A stretch of DNA of 64,000 nt, from positions 1 through 64,000 of IMG/VR virus record IMGVR_UViG_3300025897_000012, one strand, 5' to 3'. This DNA comes from a virus. The notes under the pieces are model-generated. The model searched no databases, had not been told where the DNA came from, and was given only the letters and a program-made list of their open reading frames with translations. The position numbers were made by a program, and so were the translations under genes. Each line of letters opens with the position of its first letter. Within the stretch, counting starts at the first letter, position 1. Shown here one piece after another: positions 1-8,827 of this stretch.

Positions 1-1
1 A

Positions 2-247
2 CGAGGTACACTACAAGAAGAACTTAATAATGTTATTGCTGACGAGATTCAAAAAGCAACAGGTACTAAAAATGTTGGTGTTTACATTCAAGCAACACAC
101 GGTTGTTGTGAGAATAGAGGTATTATGGCACATAGCAGTTTAACACAGACAACTGTGCTACGTGGTGCATTTAATGAAGACCCTGGTACTAAGAAAGAGT
201 TTATGGATAATATTAAATTACAACAACAGTTTGCATGTGGAGCCTAA
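2..247 (+). CDS. folE: GTP cyclohydrolase I, C-terminal part (5'-truncated by window)
   Basis: Not in ORF track. Frame 2 translates RGTLQEELNNVIADEIQ...GVYIQATHGCCENRGI...TTVLRGAF...KKEF, matching FolE (R)xQE and HxC..RG motifs. TAA at 245-247, directly upstream of queE. Confidence 0.9.
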   Translation, partial: RGTLQEELNNVIADEIQKATGTKNVGVYIQATHGCCENRGIMAHSSLTQTTVLRGAFNEDPGTKKEFMDNIKLQQQFACGA

Positions 248-248
248 T

Positions 249-1142
249 ATGAAACTTAGATATTCAGAAGCATTTTATAGTGTACAAGGCGAAGGCAAGT
301 TTGTAGGAGTACCTAGTGTGTTCCTACGTACATTTGGTTGTAACTTTCGTTGCATGAACTTTGGTACAGATGAGAAACGTAACAGAACAGAATTACATGC
401 TGATGGGATTAGATATAATCCCGAAGTAAAAGCACTAATAGATGCTGGTGTACATGAAACTACTAAAGAGTTTAACGACTTACCTATTATACACACAGGA
501 TGTGATACATATGCAAGTATCTATCCTGAGTTTAAAAAGTTTAATAAGCAGGCAACTGTTGACGAAGTAGTAGAACATTTACTTTCACTTACTCCAGAAG
601 GTAAGTGGACAATGAACAACGGTCAAGATATTCATTTAATCTTTACTGGTGGCGAACCTCTCCTGGCGTGGCAGAGATTATACGTCGATTTATTTAAACA
701 CCCACGTATGCAGGACTTAAAAAATGTTACATTTGAAACAAATACTACACAATCTTTACACGACGACTTGTTCGACTATCTCAACGATCAGGACAGATTT
801 GAAGTCACATGGTCTTGTTCCCCAAAACTTAGTGTTAGTGGAGAACCTTGGGATACTGCTATTAAGCCTGATGTGGCTTTTGAGTATCAGCTTGTTAACA
901 ATAGTAACATGTATCTCAAGTTTGTTGTCGCTACTGAAAGTGACTTTGACGAAGTTACTCGAGCTGTTCAAGCATATCGTGATGCGGATATCAATTGTCC
1001 TGTTTACCTTATGCCGTTGGGCGGACGTTCGGAAGAGTATAACCTCAATGTTAAAGAAGTTGCAGAGGCGTGTATGGAAAGGGGCTGGAGATTCACCCCA
1101 AGACTCCACATCAGCCTATTCGGAAATGCATGGGGAACTTGA
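249..1142 (+). CDS. queE: 7-carboxy-7-deazaguanine synthase (radical SAM)
   Basis: SEAFYSVQGEG, VFLRTFGCNFRC, GCDT, FTGGEP, ETN, SCSPKL and PRLH motifs. True start is the ATG at 249 (MKLRY), not 162. Confidence 0.88.
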   Translation: MKLRYSEAFYSVQGEGKFVGVPSVFLRTFGCNFRCMNFGTDEKRNRTELHADGIRYNPEVKALIDAGVHETTKEFNDLPIIHTGCDTYASIYPEFKKFNKQATVDEVVEHLLSLTPEGKWTMNNGQDIHLIFTGGEPLLAWQRLYVDLFKHPRMQDLKNVTFETNTTQSLHDDLFDYLNDQDRFEVTWSCSPKLSVSGEPWDTAIKPDVAFEYQLVNNSNMYLKFVVATESDFDEVTRAVQAYRDADINCPVYLMPLGGRSEEYNLNVKEVAEACMERGWRFTPRLHISLFGNAWGT

Positions 1143-1248
1143 TGCGTTACATGCAATCAAAAAAGAAACAAATGAACAACTTGAAAAGGCTATGAAGGCA
1201 GAAATTAAAAAAGATCCTTCAGATGCTATTAGAAAGGCAGGATGGTAA
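1126..1248 (+). CDS. small hypothetical protein (40 aa)
   Basis: ATG at 1126 overlaps the queE end and fills the gap to 1252; it is the C-terminal part of track ORF 724..1248. Confidence 0.5.
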   Translation: MHGELDALHAIKKETNEQLEKAMKAEIKKDPSDAIRKAGW

Positions 1249-1251
1249 AAT

Positions 1252-1641
1252 ATGTGGGATAAAATAAAAGATACAGTAAACAAGATACAAGGCAAAAATA
1301 AAAAACCTAAAAAAGTATCAAACGAAGAAACTCGAAGAAGTACGTTAGAGTTAGAAAAAAAAGCGGCTACTAAGGCCGGTAAACCTTGGGTAGCAGTAAT
1401 TGATACGCAGGTTAATCCAAAAGATATAAAGAACGGTTTCTTTGAGCTCGATTGGAATAATGAGTTTATTGAAGAACTTCTTGATGCTGGTTATTCTGGT
1501 GAGACTAATGAAGCTATTGTAGATGCTTGGTTTAGAACTATTGTTTCACAAATGCTACAAGATGAAGGTCAAAGTCCAGATAGAGGTATGGGACATATTA
1601 ATGTTGTGCCTCTTGATAAAGGTAAAAGTGAAGTATCTTAG
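1252..1641 (+). CDS. hypothetical phage protein
   Basis: 129-aa ORF in operon context with a globular core (GFFELDWNNEFI). Confidence 0.8.
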   Translation: MWDKIKDTVNKIQGKNKKPKKVSNEETRRSTLELEKKAATKAGKPWVAVIDTQVNPKDIKNGFFELDWNNEFIEELLDAGYSGETNEAIVDAWFRTIVSQMLQDEGQSPDRGMGHINVVPLDKGKSEVS

Positions 1642-1644
1642 TGG

Positions 1645-1673
1645 TTGACACAAGCCAGATTTGGTGCTACAAT
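1645..1673 (+). promoter_or_regulatory. sigma70-type promoter
   Basis: TTGACA (1645-1650), 17-nt spacer, TACAAT (1668-1673) with extended -10 TG. Confidence 0.8.
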
Positions 1674-1702
1674 AATACTATAAATTACACAAAGGCAAAC
1701 TT

Positions 1703-2692
1703 ATGGCAACTTATATTCTAGTAGATACTGCTAACACATTTTTTCGTGCAAGGCACGTGATACGCGGCGATCTTGATACAAAGGTAGGCATGGCTCTACA
1801 CATAACACTTAATAGTGTTAAAAAAGCATGGAATGATTTTAATGCAGATCATGTTGTGTTTTGCTTAGAAGGTCGTAGCTGGCGTAAGGACTTTTACGAG
1901 CCTTACAAACGTAATAGACAACAGGCACGAGATGCACTAACAGAATCACAAGCAGAAGAAGATAAGGTATTTTGGGAGATCTTTGACGAGTTTAAAGACT
2001 TTGTAACTACAAAGACTAACTGTACTGTAATGCGGCATCCTGAACTAGAAGCAGACGATCTTATTGCAGGTTGGGTACAAGCACACCCTAACGATACACA
2101 TATTATTATTAGTACAGACGGTGACTTTGCACAACTAATTGCACCTAATGTAAAGCAATACAATGGTGTTAGCAATACAATTATTACACACGAAGGTTAC
2201 TTTGACGATAAAAAGAAGAAGCCTGTGCTTGATAAGAAAACAGGAGAGCCTAAGCCTGCACCTGATCCGCAATTTATGTTATTTGAAAAGTGTATGCGAG
2301 GCGATACTAGTGACAACGTATTTAGTGCATATCCAGGTGTACGTAAAAAAGGTACTAAGAACAAAGTAGGCCTTATAGAAGCATTTGCCGACAAAGATAC
2401 AAAAGGTTACAATTGGAATAATATGATGTTGCAACGATGGGTTGATCATGAAGGTGTAGAACATCGTGTACTAGATGACTATACTCGCAATGTTGTCCTT
2501 TGTGACTTGACTGCACAACCTGATAATATTAGAAGTATTATTAATGATGTAATAGAAGAACATATGACACCTAAAGAAGTTACACAGGTTGGTATGAGGC
2601 TAATGAAATTTTGTGCAAAATGGGATATGCAACGAGTTGCAGATCAAGCTACCTATTTTGCAGAACCACTTAACGCGAGGTATCCACAATGA
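1703..2692 (+). CDS. rnh: T4-type RNase H / 5'-3' exonuclease (FEN/PIN fold)
   Basis: ILVDTAN, SWRKDFYEPYKRNR, LEADDLI, IISTDGDFAQL and GDTSDNV motifs. Confidence 0.9.
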   Translation: MATYILVDTANTFFRARHVIRGDLDTKVGMALHITLNSVKKAWNDFNADHVVFCLEGRSWRKDFYEPYKRNRQQARDALTESQAEEDKVFWEIFDEFKDFVTTKTNCTVMRHPELEADDLIAGWVQAHPNDTHIIISTDGDFAQLIAPNVKQYNGVSNTIITHEGYFDDKKKKPVLDKKTGEPKPAPDPQFMLFEKCMRGDTSDNVFSAYPGVRKKGTKNKVGLIEAFADKDTKGYNWNNMMLQRWVDHEGVEHRVLDDYTRNVVLCDLTAQPDNIRSIINDVIEEHMTPKEVTQVGMRLMKFCAKWDMQRVADQATYFAEPLNARYPQ

Positions 2693-3162
2693 CAATTAAA
2701 GCAAAAGAAGTATTAAAAAATAAATTTTGGCTAGTTGAAAATGACGGTGAAAAGATTGGAACATTATCTTACGACAACGAAAAATATATGCTAAATGATA
2801 GTACAGGACATTGTCATTATTTTAATAGTCAAACTGCATTTGCTAAAAAGTTTAATAGTAAAATAAATTGGACTAAATTAGATATTTTAGAAACGCCTCC
2901 TGTAGAAAAAATAGTACACGGTATGCCAACTAGTTGCTTACCTTATAACCCTATCTACGATGTTAAACGTAGATTACCTATGTTTAGTAAATCTGGTAAG
3001 TCTAAAAGTTTGTACTGTGCAGGATACTTTATTATTAGATTTGATAAAGGTTGGGTTAAAAGTTTTTGTCCAAAGCTAATTACTATTGAACGTTATGAAA
3101 GTAAAGGACCTTTCAAAACAGAAATAGAAATGAGAACGGAGTTATCTCGTGTCAACAAGTGA
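2689..3162 (+). CDS. hypothetical phage protein
   Basis: 157 aa; ATGA overlap with rnh. Confidence 0.8.
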   Translation: MTIKAKEVLKNKFWLVENDGEKIGTLSYDNEKYMLNDSTGHCHYFNSQTAFAKKFNSKINWTKLDILETPPVEKIVHGMPTSCLPYNPIYDVKRRLPMFSKSGKSKSLYCAGYFIIRFDKGWVKSFCPKLITIERYESKGPFKTEIEMRTELSRVNK

Positions 3163-3391
3163 ACCATTAAATACTAGTGCTATTCAAAACTTTATTCAAC
3201 AAGTAAAGTCTGCTGAAGGTTCTAATGCCCCTGAAATAAGATTATCTATGGCACAAGCTAAAAATCTTGCATTTACTCTTGGTATTACAATGTCTAGATT
3301 ACACGGTGATTTAGAAAAATTTGTAAAAGAAAGTAAGTCGACTGATAACGAAGTTATTGAAGTTAACATGGATGTAGGTGGCAAATGGTAG
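3149..3391 (+). CDS. hypothetical phage protein
   Basis: 80 aa; GTG start with upstream GGAG. Confidence 0.7.
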   Translation: MSTSEPLNTSAIQNFIQQVKSAEGSNAPEIRLSMAQAKNLAFTLGITMSRLHGDLEKFVKESKSTDNEVIEVNMDVGGKW

Positions 3392-4015
3392 ATGAAGAAG
3401 TTTAAGCACCATTGTATTATTGATGAAATAAGTTACAACAAACAAGAACTTATAGATTTGTTTAATCGTATTCCTAAAGAATGCGAACTCCCCTGGAATC
3501 AATATAAAAAAGCAATAAAAAATGAAGGCGGAGCCAAGAGCTATACTAGAAATCAGAATAGAGGTGACGGTGGATTAAATGGAATATTTACTCCGTATTG
3601 GGAAGGTAAACAACTTACCGAATATCCAGAAATACAAAATGTTCTAAATCGTTTTAATTTTGTAAAACCAATTGATGAACACGATATTACATTTATGACA
3701 TACACACCCGGATTTACTTTTAGTAATCACACAGATAGATATTTAGAATATAATATCATGTTTCCACTTATTCCAAACACCGGCGGTGAACCTATTACAT
3801 TCTATAAAGGTGAAGATAAAGATAGAGATAATCCTTTAGGTGTCGAATACACATATAGTTATAACACAACACATCCTACAGTATTTAACGGTAAAACAAT
3901 ACATAGTGTAGATACAATAAAAGAATATCGTGTGATGTTTAGGATAAAAGTTGTAAACGAGTTATATAACGATATGATTAACAGATACGAGAAAGGTGAA
4001 TTTATTAATGTATAG
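3392..4015 (+). CDS. putative 2OG-Fe(II) oxygenase / cupin-fold protein
   Basis: HTD...H(SV)...R pattern (FSNHTDR; FNGKTIHSV; YRVMFRI). Confidence 0.65.
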   Translation: MKKFKHHCIIDEISYNKQELIDLFNRIPKECELPWNQYKKAIKNEGGAKSYTRNQNRGDGGLNGIFTPYWEGKQLTEYPEIQNVLNRFNFVKPIDEHDITFMTYTPGFTFSNHTDRYLEYNIMFPLIPNTGGEPITFYKGEDKDRDNPLGVEYTYSYNTTHPTVFNGKTIHSVDTIKEYRVMFRIKVVNELYNDMINRYEKGEFINV

Positions 4016-4328
4016 ACCATTACCGGACGGACTAACAATTAAAGAATCTAATGTCCAAGGATTAGGATTGTTTTCTACAAAAGATTTTGAAGCTGAAGTT
4101 GTACTAGGAATAGTACATATACTAGACAAAAACTTTCCGCATGGTGCTATAAGAACTGCCTTAGGAGCATTTTACAATCATTCAGAAGATCCTAACTGTA
4201 AGAATATAAAAGGATTTTGGCATCAAAAACCTGTATGTTATCTTATAACAACAAGACCTATCAAAGCTGGCGAAGAACTTACTGCCAAATATACTTTGTA
4301 TAAAGACTTTGATATGGATGAAAGTTAG
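4008..4328 (+). CDS. SET-domain protein (lysine methyltransferase-like)
   Basis: QGLGLFS, FYNHSEDPNC and IKAGEELTAKY SET motifs. Likely start is the ATG at 4008. Confidence 0.85.
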   Translation: MYRPLPDGLTIKESNVQGLGLFSTKDFEAEVVLGIVHILDKNFPHGAIRTALGAFYNHSEDPNCKNIKGFWHQKPVCYLITTRPIKAGEELTAKYTLYKDFDMDES

Positions 4329-4913
4329 ATGCCCAACTCTCTTATAATTGGATACACATCAAGTATTGGTAAAGCAATATACGATGAGTGTAATAGAAGA
4401 TCAGAGAATGGTGCAGCAGGCATAGGTTCTAGAGAACAAGATAATATAAATGATAAAGATACAAAGAATGCTATAGTAAGTAAAGCTATAGATATGGATC
4501 ATATATATATTATACCGTCGGGCAAGTCTACTATTAAGAATAGTTTTAGGGTTTCTCAAATTGAACTGCTCTGTGATTTATACGAAGCATATAAGGATAC
4601 TCCAAAAAAAATTATTGTAATAAGTAGTTCTAGTCCTGAACAACGTCCATCTGCTCACATGATGAGAGCAAAAATTAGTATTAATACACAACTATATGAT
4701 GTAGCAAAATATGCATTAGATAAAATTTGTTTAGACCTTAATTATAGAAAAAATCGTTGTCAAATAATTAATATTAAATCTGGTGCAATTACCGGTTCCC
4801 GTCATGGCCCAGGGCAAGGACTTGATGTAGACAAACTAGCAAATACTGTATGTAATATAGTAGATTTATCATCAGATATGAGAATTATCTCAACCACTAT
4901 TATTCCTTATTAA
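4329..4913 (+). CDS. short-chain dehydrogenase/reductase-like protein
   Basis: IIGYTSSIG Rossmann start, IIVISS, YDVAK (YxxxK), INIKSG. Confidence 0.65.
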   Translation: MPNSLIIGYTSSIGKAIYDECNRRSENGAAGIGSREQDNINDKDTKNAIVSKAIDMDHIYIIPSGKSTIKNSFRVSQIELLCDLYEAYKDTPKKIIVISSSSPEQRPSAHMMRAKISINTQLYDVAKYALDKICLDLNYRKNRCQIINIKSGAITGSRHGPGQGLDVDKLANTVCNIVDLSSDMRIISTTIIPY

Positions 4914-4936
4914 GTACCTACTTAATAGAAAAAAGA

Positions 4937-4944
4937 GATAAATA
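4937..4944 (+). promoter_or_regulatory. late-promoter-like motif GATAAATA
   Basis: Resembles the T4 late promoter TATAAATA; about 30 nt upstream of the ATG at 4974; recurs across the window. Confidence 0.55.
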
Positions 4945-4973
4945 TACGTAGTTAACTAATAAGGAACTATGTA

Positions 4974-5264
4974 ATGAGTAGACCAAAACCAAATATACTA
5001 CTAGAACACGTTGATAAAAAGACGTATAAAAGCGAACAAGTACTACAAGCAGATGCTATTTGGGCAGTATTCTATAACGGGGCGCCTTTTAATTTAAAAA
5101 CTCAAAATATTCTTACAAGCTATCCTGGCCCTAAGTATAAAAAAGTTTCGTTTAGTAATCCAGGACATGCAATAAATTTAGCTAAAAAACTAAACGATAC
5201 ATTTAATTGCGACAAATTTTCAGTAGTAAGGCTTACTGACGGTGACGAAGTTTCCGACTCATGA
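4974..5264 (+). CDS. hypothetical phage protein
   Basis: 96 aa (YPGPKYKKVSFSNPGHA); RBS AAGGA. Confidence 0.8.
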   Translation: MSRPKPNILLEHVDKKTYKSEQVLQADAIWAVFYNGAPFNLKTQNILTSYPGPKYKKVSFSNPGHAINLAKKLNDTFNCDKFSVVRLTDGDEVSDS

Positions 5265-5653
5265 ACTGGAAAGAAGCATATACTAAAATTTTTTTAAAAG
5301 AAGCAAGTAAGTCAGTTAACGAATCCACTATGCAAGAATTTATGCCCGTGTGGTGGCAAAATAATAGAAGTAAAGATAAAGGTGGGTTACGACTTACTGA
5401 TCAGGGAATGGAATTTATAACTGAAGAAATTGAATTAACTACCTATGAAGTTCCTTTTCCAAAAGATTTTATAATGACTTCAAATACCCTAGTATGGTTA
5501 GATGAATTTATTGATTGTCCTTATTGGATTGGGCGGCACGGAATGATAGTTACGAACGAAAAGAAAGCATTAGAACTGCATCTTTTCTCCGGTGATGTTA
5601 AAAAATACGGCATAAACAAAGCATTATCAAAACAAAAAAATCAAAATAATTAA
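5261..5653 (+). CDS. hypothetical phage protein
   Basis: 130 aa; ATGA overlap. Confidence 0.8.
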   Translation: MNWKEAYTKIFLKEASKSVNESTMQEFMPVWWQNNRSKDKGGLRLTDQGMEFITEEIELTTYEVPFPKDFIMTSNTLVWLDEFIDCPYWIGRHGMIVTNEKKALELHLFSGDVKKYGINKALSKQKNQNN

Positions 5654-5663
5654 AAAAAAACAG

Positions 5664-5691
5664 TTGACTTTTATTATAAAGGTGCTATAAT
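5664..5691 (+). promoter_or_regulatory. sigma70-type promoter
   Basis: TTGACT, 16 nt, TATAAT with extended -10 TG. Confidence 0.7.
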
Positions 5692-5716
5692 ATATACATA
5701 CTTAGAAATTAAGTAT

Positions 5717-5729
5717 GGCACTGAGATAA
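5717..5729 (+). repeat. 13-bp leader motif GGCACTGAGATAA, copy 1
   Basis: Identical copy at 6931-6943. Confidence 0.85.
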
Positions 5730-5746
5730 TATAAAAGGAGTACACT

Positions 5747-6838
5747 ATGTCAACAGAAACACTTTTAAGAACCGTAAGCCCTAACAAGGCTAAGAAAAGC
5801 ATTTTAAGAGCTTTTAGTAAAAAACGTCCTATATTTTTATGGGGACCTCCAGGTATTGGTAAGTCTGATATTATTGGACAAATTACTAATGGACTTTCTA
5901 AAAGCCATTTAATTGATATTCGACTATCTTTATGGGATCCAACAGATATTAAAGGTATTCCATATTATAGTGCAAATGATAACACTATGGCATGGGCACC
6001 GCCAGCAGAACTTCCAACACAAGAGTTTGCTGCACAATTTGATAATATTGTTTTGTTCTTAGACGAAATGAATTCAGCGGCACCAGCAGTACAAGCGGCC
6101 GCTTACCAGCTTATTCTTAACAGACGTGTAGGACAATATAAATTACCAGACAATGTTTTGATTGTTGCAGCTGGTAACCGTGAAGCTGATAAAGGTGTTA
6201 CTTATAGAATGCCTGCACCATTAGCAAATAGATTTGTTCACTTAGAACTAGCAGTTGATTTTGATGACTGGTTCCAGTGGGCTGTAGACAATAACATACA
6301 CCAAGATGTTGTTGGTTACTTGACATTTGCAAAGAAAGACTTGTATGACTTTGATCCAAAAAGTCCAAGTCGTTCATTTGCAACACCTCGTTCTTGGTCA
6401 TTTGTATCTGAATTACTTGAAGATGATGATGACGAGAATACCACTACTGATTTAGTTAGTGGCGCAGTTGGCGAAGGCCTAGCTGTGAAATTTAGTGCTC
6501 ACCGTAAAATTGCGTCGAGCTTGCCTAACCCAACTGACATATTGGACGGCAAAGTAACAGACTTGCACACCAAAGAAATCAGTGCCATGTATTCCTTAAC
6601 GGTGTCATTATGTTACGAATTGAAGGAAGCATCAGACAAAAATGATAAGAAATTTGATGCTAAAGTCAACAACTTTTTGAAGTTCTCAATGGCAAACTTT
6701 GAAACTGAATTAGTGGTTATGGGTATTAAACTCGCACTTACTCAGTATGGTTTACCAATTGACCCGGATGAAGTTGAATGCTTTGATGAGTTCCATGAAA
6801 GATTTGGAAAATACATCACAGCCGCTCAAAAGGCGTAA
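5747..6838 (+). CDS. MoxR-like AAA+ ATPase
   Basis: Walker A GPPGIGKS, Walker B LFLDEMN, sensor AAGN, LANRF, TPRSW. Confidence 0.9.
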   Translation: MSTETLLRTVSPNKAKKSILRAFSKKRPIFLWGPPGIGKSDIIGQITNGLSKSHLIDIRLSLWDPTDIKGIPYYSANDNTMAWAPPAELPTQEFAAQFDNIVLFLDEMNSAAPAVQAAAYQLILNRRVGQYKLPDNVLIVAAGNREADKGVTYRMPAPLANRFVHLELAVDFDDWFQWAVDNNIHQDVVGYLTFAKKDLYDFDPKSPSRSFATPRSWSFVSELLEDDDDENTTTDLVSGAVGEGLAVKFSAHRKIASSLPNPTDILDGKVTDLHTKEISAMYSLTVSLCYELKEASDKNDKKFDAKVNNFLKFSMANFETELVVMGIKLALTQYGLPIDPDEVECFDEFHERFGKYITAAQKA

Positions 6839-6853
6839 AGGTGAATATGAGTT

Positions 6854-6890
6854 TGGACGTTCTCATTCAAAAAAACGTCCATTTTCTCTT
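6854..6890 (+). terminator. probable intrinsic terminator (possible pseudoknot)
   Basis: TGGACGTT/AACGTCCA 8-bp stem followed by TTTTCTCTT. Confidence 0.6.
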
Positions 6891-6917
6891 GACTTTTTCC
6901 ATTAAATATAGTATTAT
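6889..6917 (+). promoter_or_regulatory. sigma70-type promoter
   Basis: TTGACT, 17 nt, TATTAT. Confidence 0.65.
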
Positions 6918-6930
6918 ATAAACATAATAA

Positions 6931-6943
6931 GGCACTGAGATAA
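6931..6943 (+). repeat. 13-bp leader motif GGCACTGAGATAA, copy 2
   Basis: Identical to 5717-5729; overlaps the TAAGGA RBS. Confidence 0.85.
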
Positions 6944-6953
6944 GGAATACAAT

Positions 6954-8252
6954 ATGACATCTAGTACAACTGTTACAAAACAAGGTAAAAAGAACTGGCA
7001 ACCTAATCCAGATATTACTGCTGAAGAATTAAAAGTAATGCGAGAAGACGTTTTAGAACGTATTGTTGTTGCTCGTGTTGGATTACTATTAAGACATCCT
7101 TTCTTTGGTAATATGGCAACACGCCTTCGTATTAAAGAAGCAGATGACTGGGTTCCTACTGCGGCTGTAGATGGTCGTAATTTATATTTTAATACACAAT
7201 TTTTTAATGCAATGGATAATAAAGAAATTGAATTTGTTATTGCACACGAAATCCTACATTGTGTATTTGATCATCTTACACGTAGAGATGATCGTGATCC
7301 GCAAATTTATAATATTGCCGCTGACTATATTGTTAATAACTTGTTAGTACGTGATAGAATTGGTAATAAACCTAAACTTATTGACTGTTTTCAAGACTTT
7401 AAATATGATGGTTGGTCTTCAGAAGCAGTTTATGATGATATTTTTGAAAAATACGATCAAGAAGAATTAGATGCTCTTGGTGAATTATTAGATGAACATG
7501 TTGACTGGGAGGGTAAAGACCAAGAAGGAAATGGTCCTGGTGTTAAAACAAAAGGTAAAAACGGTAAACCTTCATATTCAAAAGACGAGCTCAAAAAGAT
7601 ACGTGATGAAATAAAAGAAAACATGCTATCAGCAGCACAAGCCGCAGGAGCAGGTAATACTCCGGGCGAAATTGAAAGAATGATTAAGGATCTTACAGAA
7701 CCTAAAATGTCTTGGCGTGAAATACTACGTCAGCAAATACAGTCTACAATACGTAACGACTTTACATTTAGTCGACCTAATAGAAAAGGCTGGCATACTG
7801 GTGCTATACTACCAGGCATGAATTTTGATGAAACTATTGATATTGCTATTGGTATTGATATGTCAGGTTCAATTGGTAATTCACAAGCTAAAGATTTCTT
7901 AAGCGAAGTTAAAGGCATTATGGAAGAATATAAAGACTATAATATTAAATTATGGTGCTTTGATACACGAGTATATAACGAACAAGACTTCAGTGCAGAA
8001 AACGGCGAAAACTTAGAAGATTACCAAATTATGGGAGGCGGTGGAACTGAATTCGACTGCAACTGGGATTACATGAAAGAAAACGATATTCAACCTAAGA
8101 AGTTTATTATGTTTACAGATGGGTATCCTTGGCAGAGTTGGGGTGATGAAAGCTACTGTGACACTATATTTGTTATTCACAGTCATCATGACAAGAACTT
8201 AGAAGCACCATTTGGACTAACTACACATTATGATCAGCAACAAGCCGCCTAA
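6954..8252 (+). CDS. metallopeptidase-like + VWA-domain protein (DUF2201-like), partner of the AAA+ ATPase
   Basis: AHEILH (HEXXH), NIAADY, MIDAS motif DMSGS, GGGGTEF, FTDG. Confidence 0.88.
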   Translation: MTSSTTVTKQGKKNWQPNPDITAEELKVMREDVLERIVVARVGLLLRHPFFGNMATRLRIKEADDWVPTAAVDGRNLYFNTQFFNAMDNKEIEFVIAHEILHCVFDHLTRRDDRDPQIYNIAADYIVNNLLVRDRIGNKPKLIDCFQDFKYDGWSSEAVYDDIFEKYDQEELDALGELLDEHVDWEGKDQEGNGPGVKTKGKNGKPSYSKDELKKIRDEIKENMLSAAQAAGAGNTPGEIERMIKDLTEPKMSWREILRQQIQSTIRNDFTFSRPNRKGWHTGAILPGMNFDETIDIAIGIDMSGSIGNSQAKDFLSEVKGIMEEYKDYNIKLWCFDTRVYNEQDFSAENGENLEDYQIMGGGGTEFDCNWDYMKENDIQPKKFIMFTDGYPWQSWGDESYCDTIFVIHSHHDKNLEAPFGLTTHYDQQQAA

Positions 8253-8526
8253 AATTAAAGAACCAAATGCATTAAACTATTTTGAGTTAAGAAAACTCAA
8301 TAGAATTCCGCCTCATTTTGAATTTATTTCTATACCTATACCATATAATCTACAAAAAAGTATAGAAAAATGGATACTATCTAACTTAAAAGGTAGGTAT
8401 TACATTGACAAAAACATAGATGTAGACGATTCAGATACTATTCAAAGTGTATTAAAGATTGGATTTGAAGAAGGAAAAGAGATGAGTTATTTCACTTTAG
8501 CTTGTCCACATTTGAAATATAAGTAA
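8230..8526 (+). CDS. hypothetical phage protein
   Basis: 98-aa ORF in operon. Confidence 0.75.
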   Translation: MISNKPPKIKEPNALNYFELRKLNRIPPHFEFISIPIPYNLQKSIEKWILSNLKGRYYIDKNIDVDDSDTIQSVLKIGFEEGKEMSYFTLACPHLKYK

Positions 8527-8548
8527 ATAATATGAAGGAGAAATACTT

Positions 8549-8827
8549 ATGAGTGAAGACGCAACAATTAACGAACTAGGCGATATTTCAGCAGCAGCAC
8601 CAGAAGCATCTGAAAAGCCTGCAGCAACGCCGGCAGGTGAAGAAAAAAGTTTAGAATTAACTGTAAACGATTTACAGTTACTACGCCAATCAATTGAAGT
8701 GGCAACATCAAGAGGTGCTTTTAAAGCAGCTGAAATGTTAACTGTAGGAACTGTATTTAATAAGTTAGATGCTTTTTTAAATGCCGTTGCACAACAACAA
8801 AAGCAAGGAGAGACAAATGGCTCTTAA
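8549..8827 (+). CDS. hypothetical phage protein
   Basis: 92 aa; AAGGAG RBS; TAAATA at 8524-8529. Confidence 0.8.
   Translation: MSEDATINELGDISAAAPEASEKPAATPAGEEKSLELTVNDLQLLRQSIEVATSRGAFKAAEMLTVGTVFNKLDAFLNAVAQQQKQGETNGS

Noticed and set aside
162-248. N-terminal extension of the QueE ORF in the track
   Set aside because: It overlaps the real folE frame; the ATG at 249 follows the folE stop and matches QueE starts.
724-1125. 174-aa alternative-frame ORF inside queE
   Set aside because: Shadow frame with no motif; only the last 40 codons fill a real gap.
6836-6881. Stop-codon readthrough or preQ1 riboswitch role for the pseudoknot
   Set aside because: Readthrough meets TGA two codons later, and I do not see the preQ1 consensus nucleotides.
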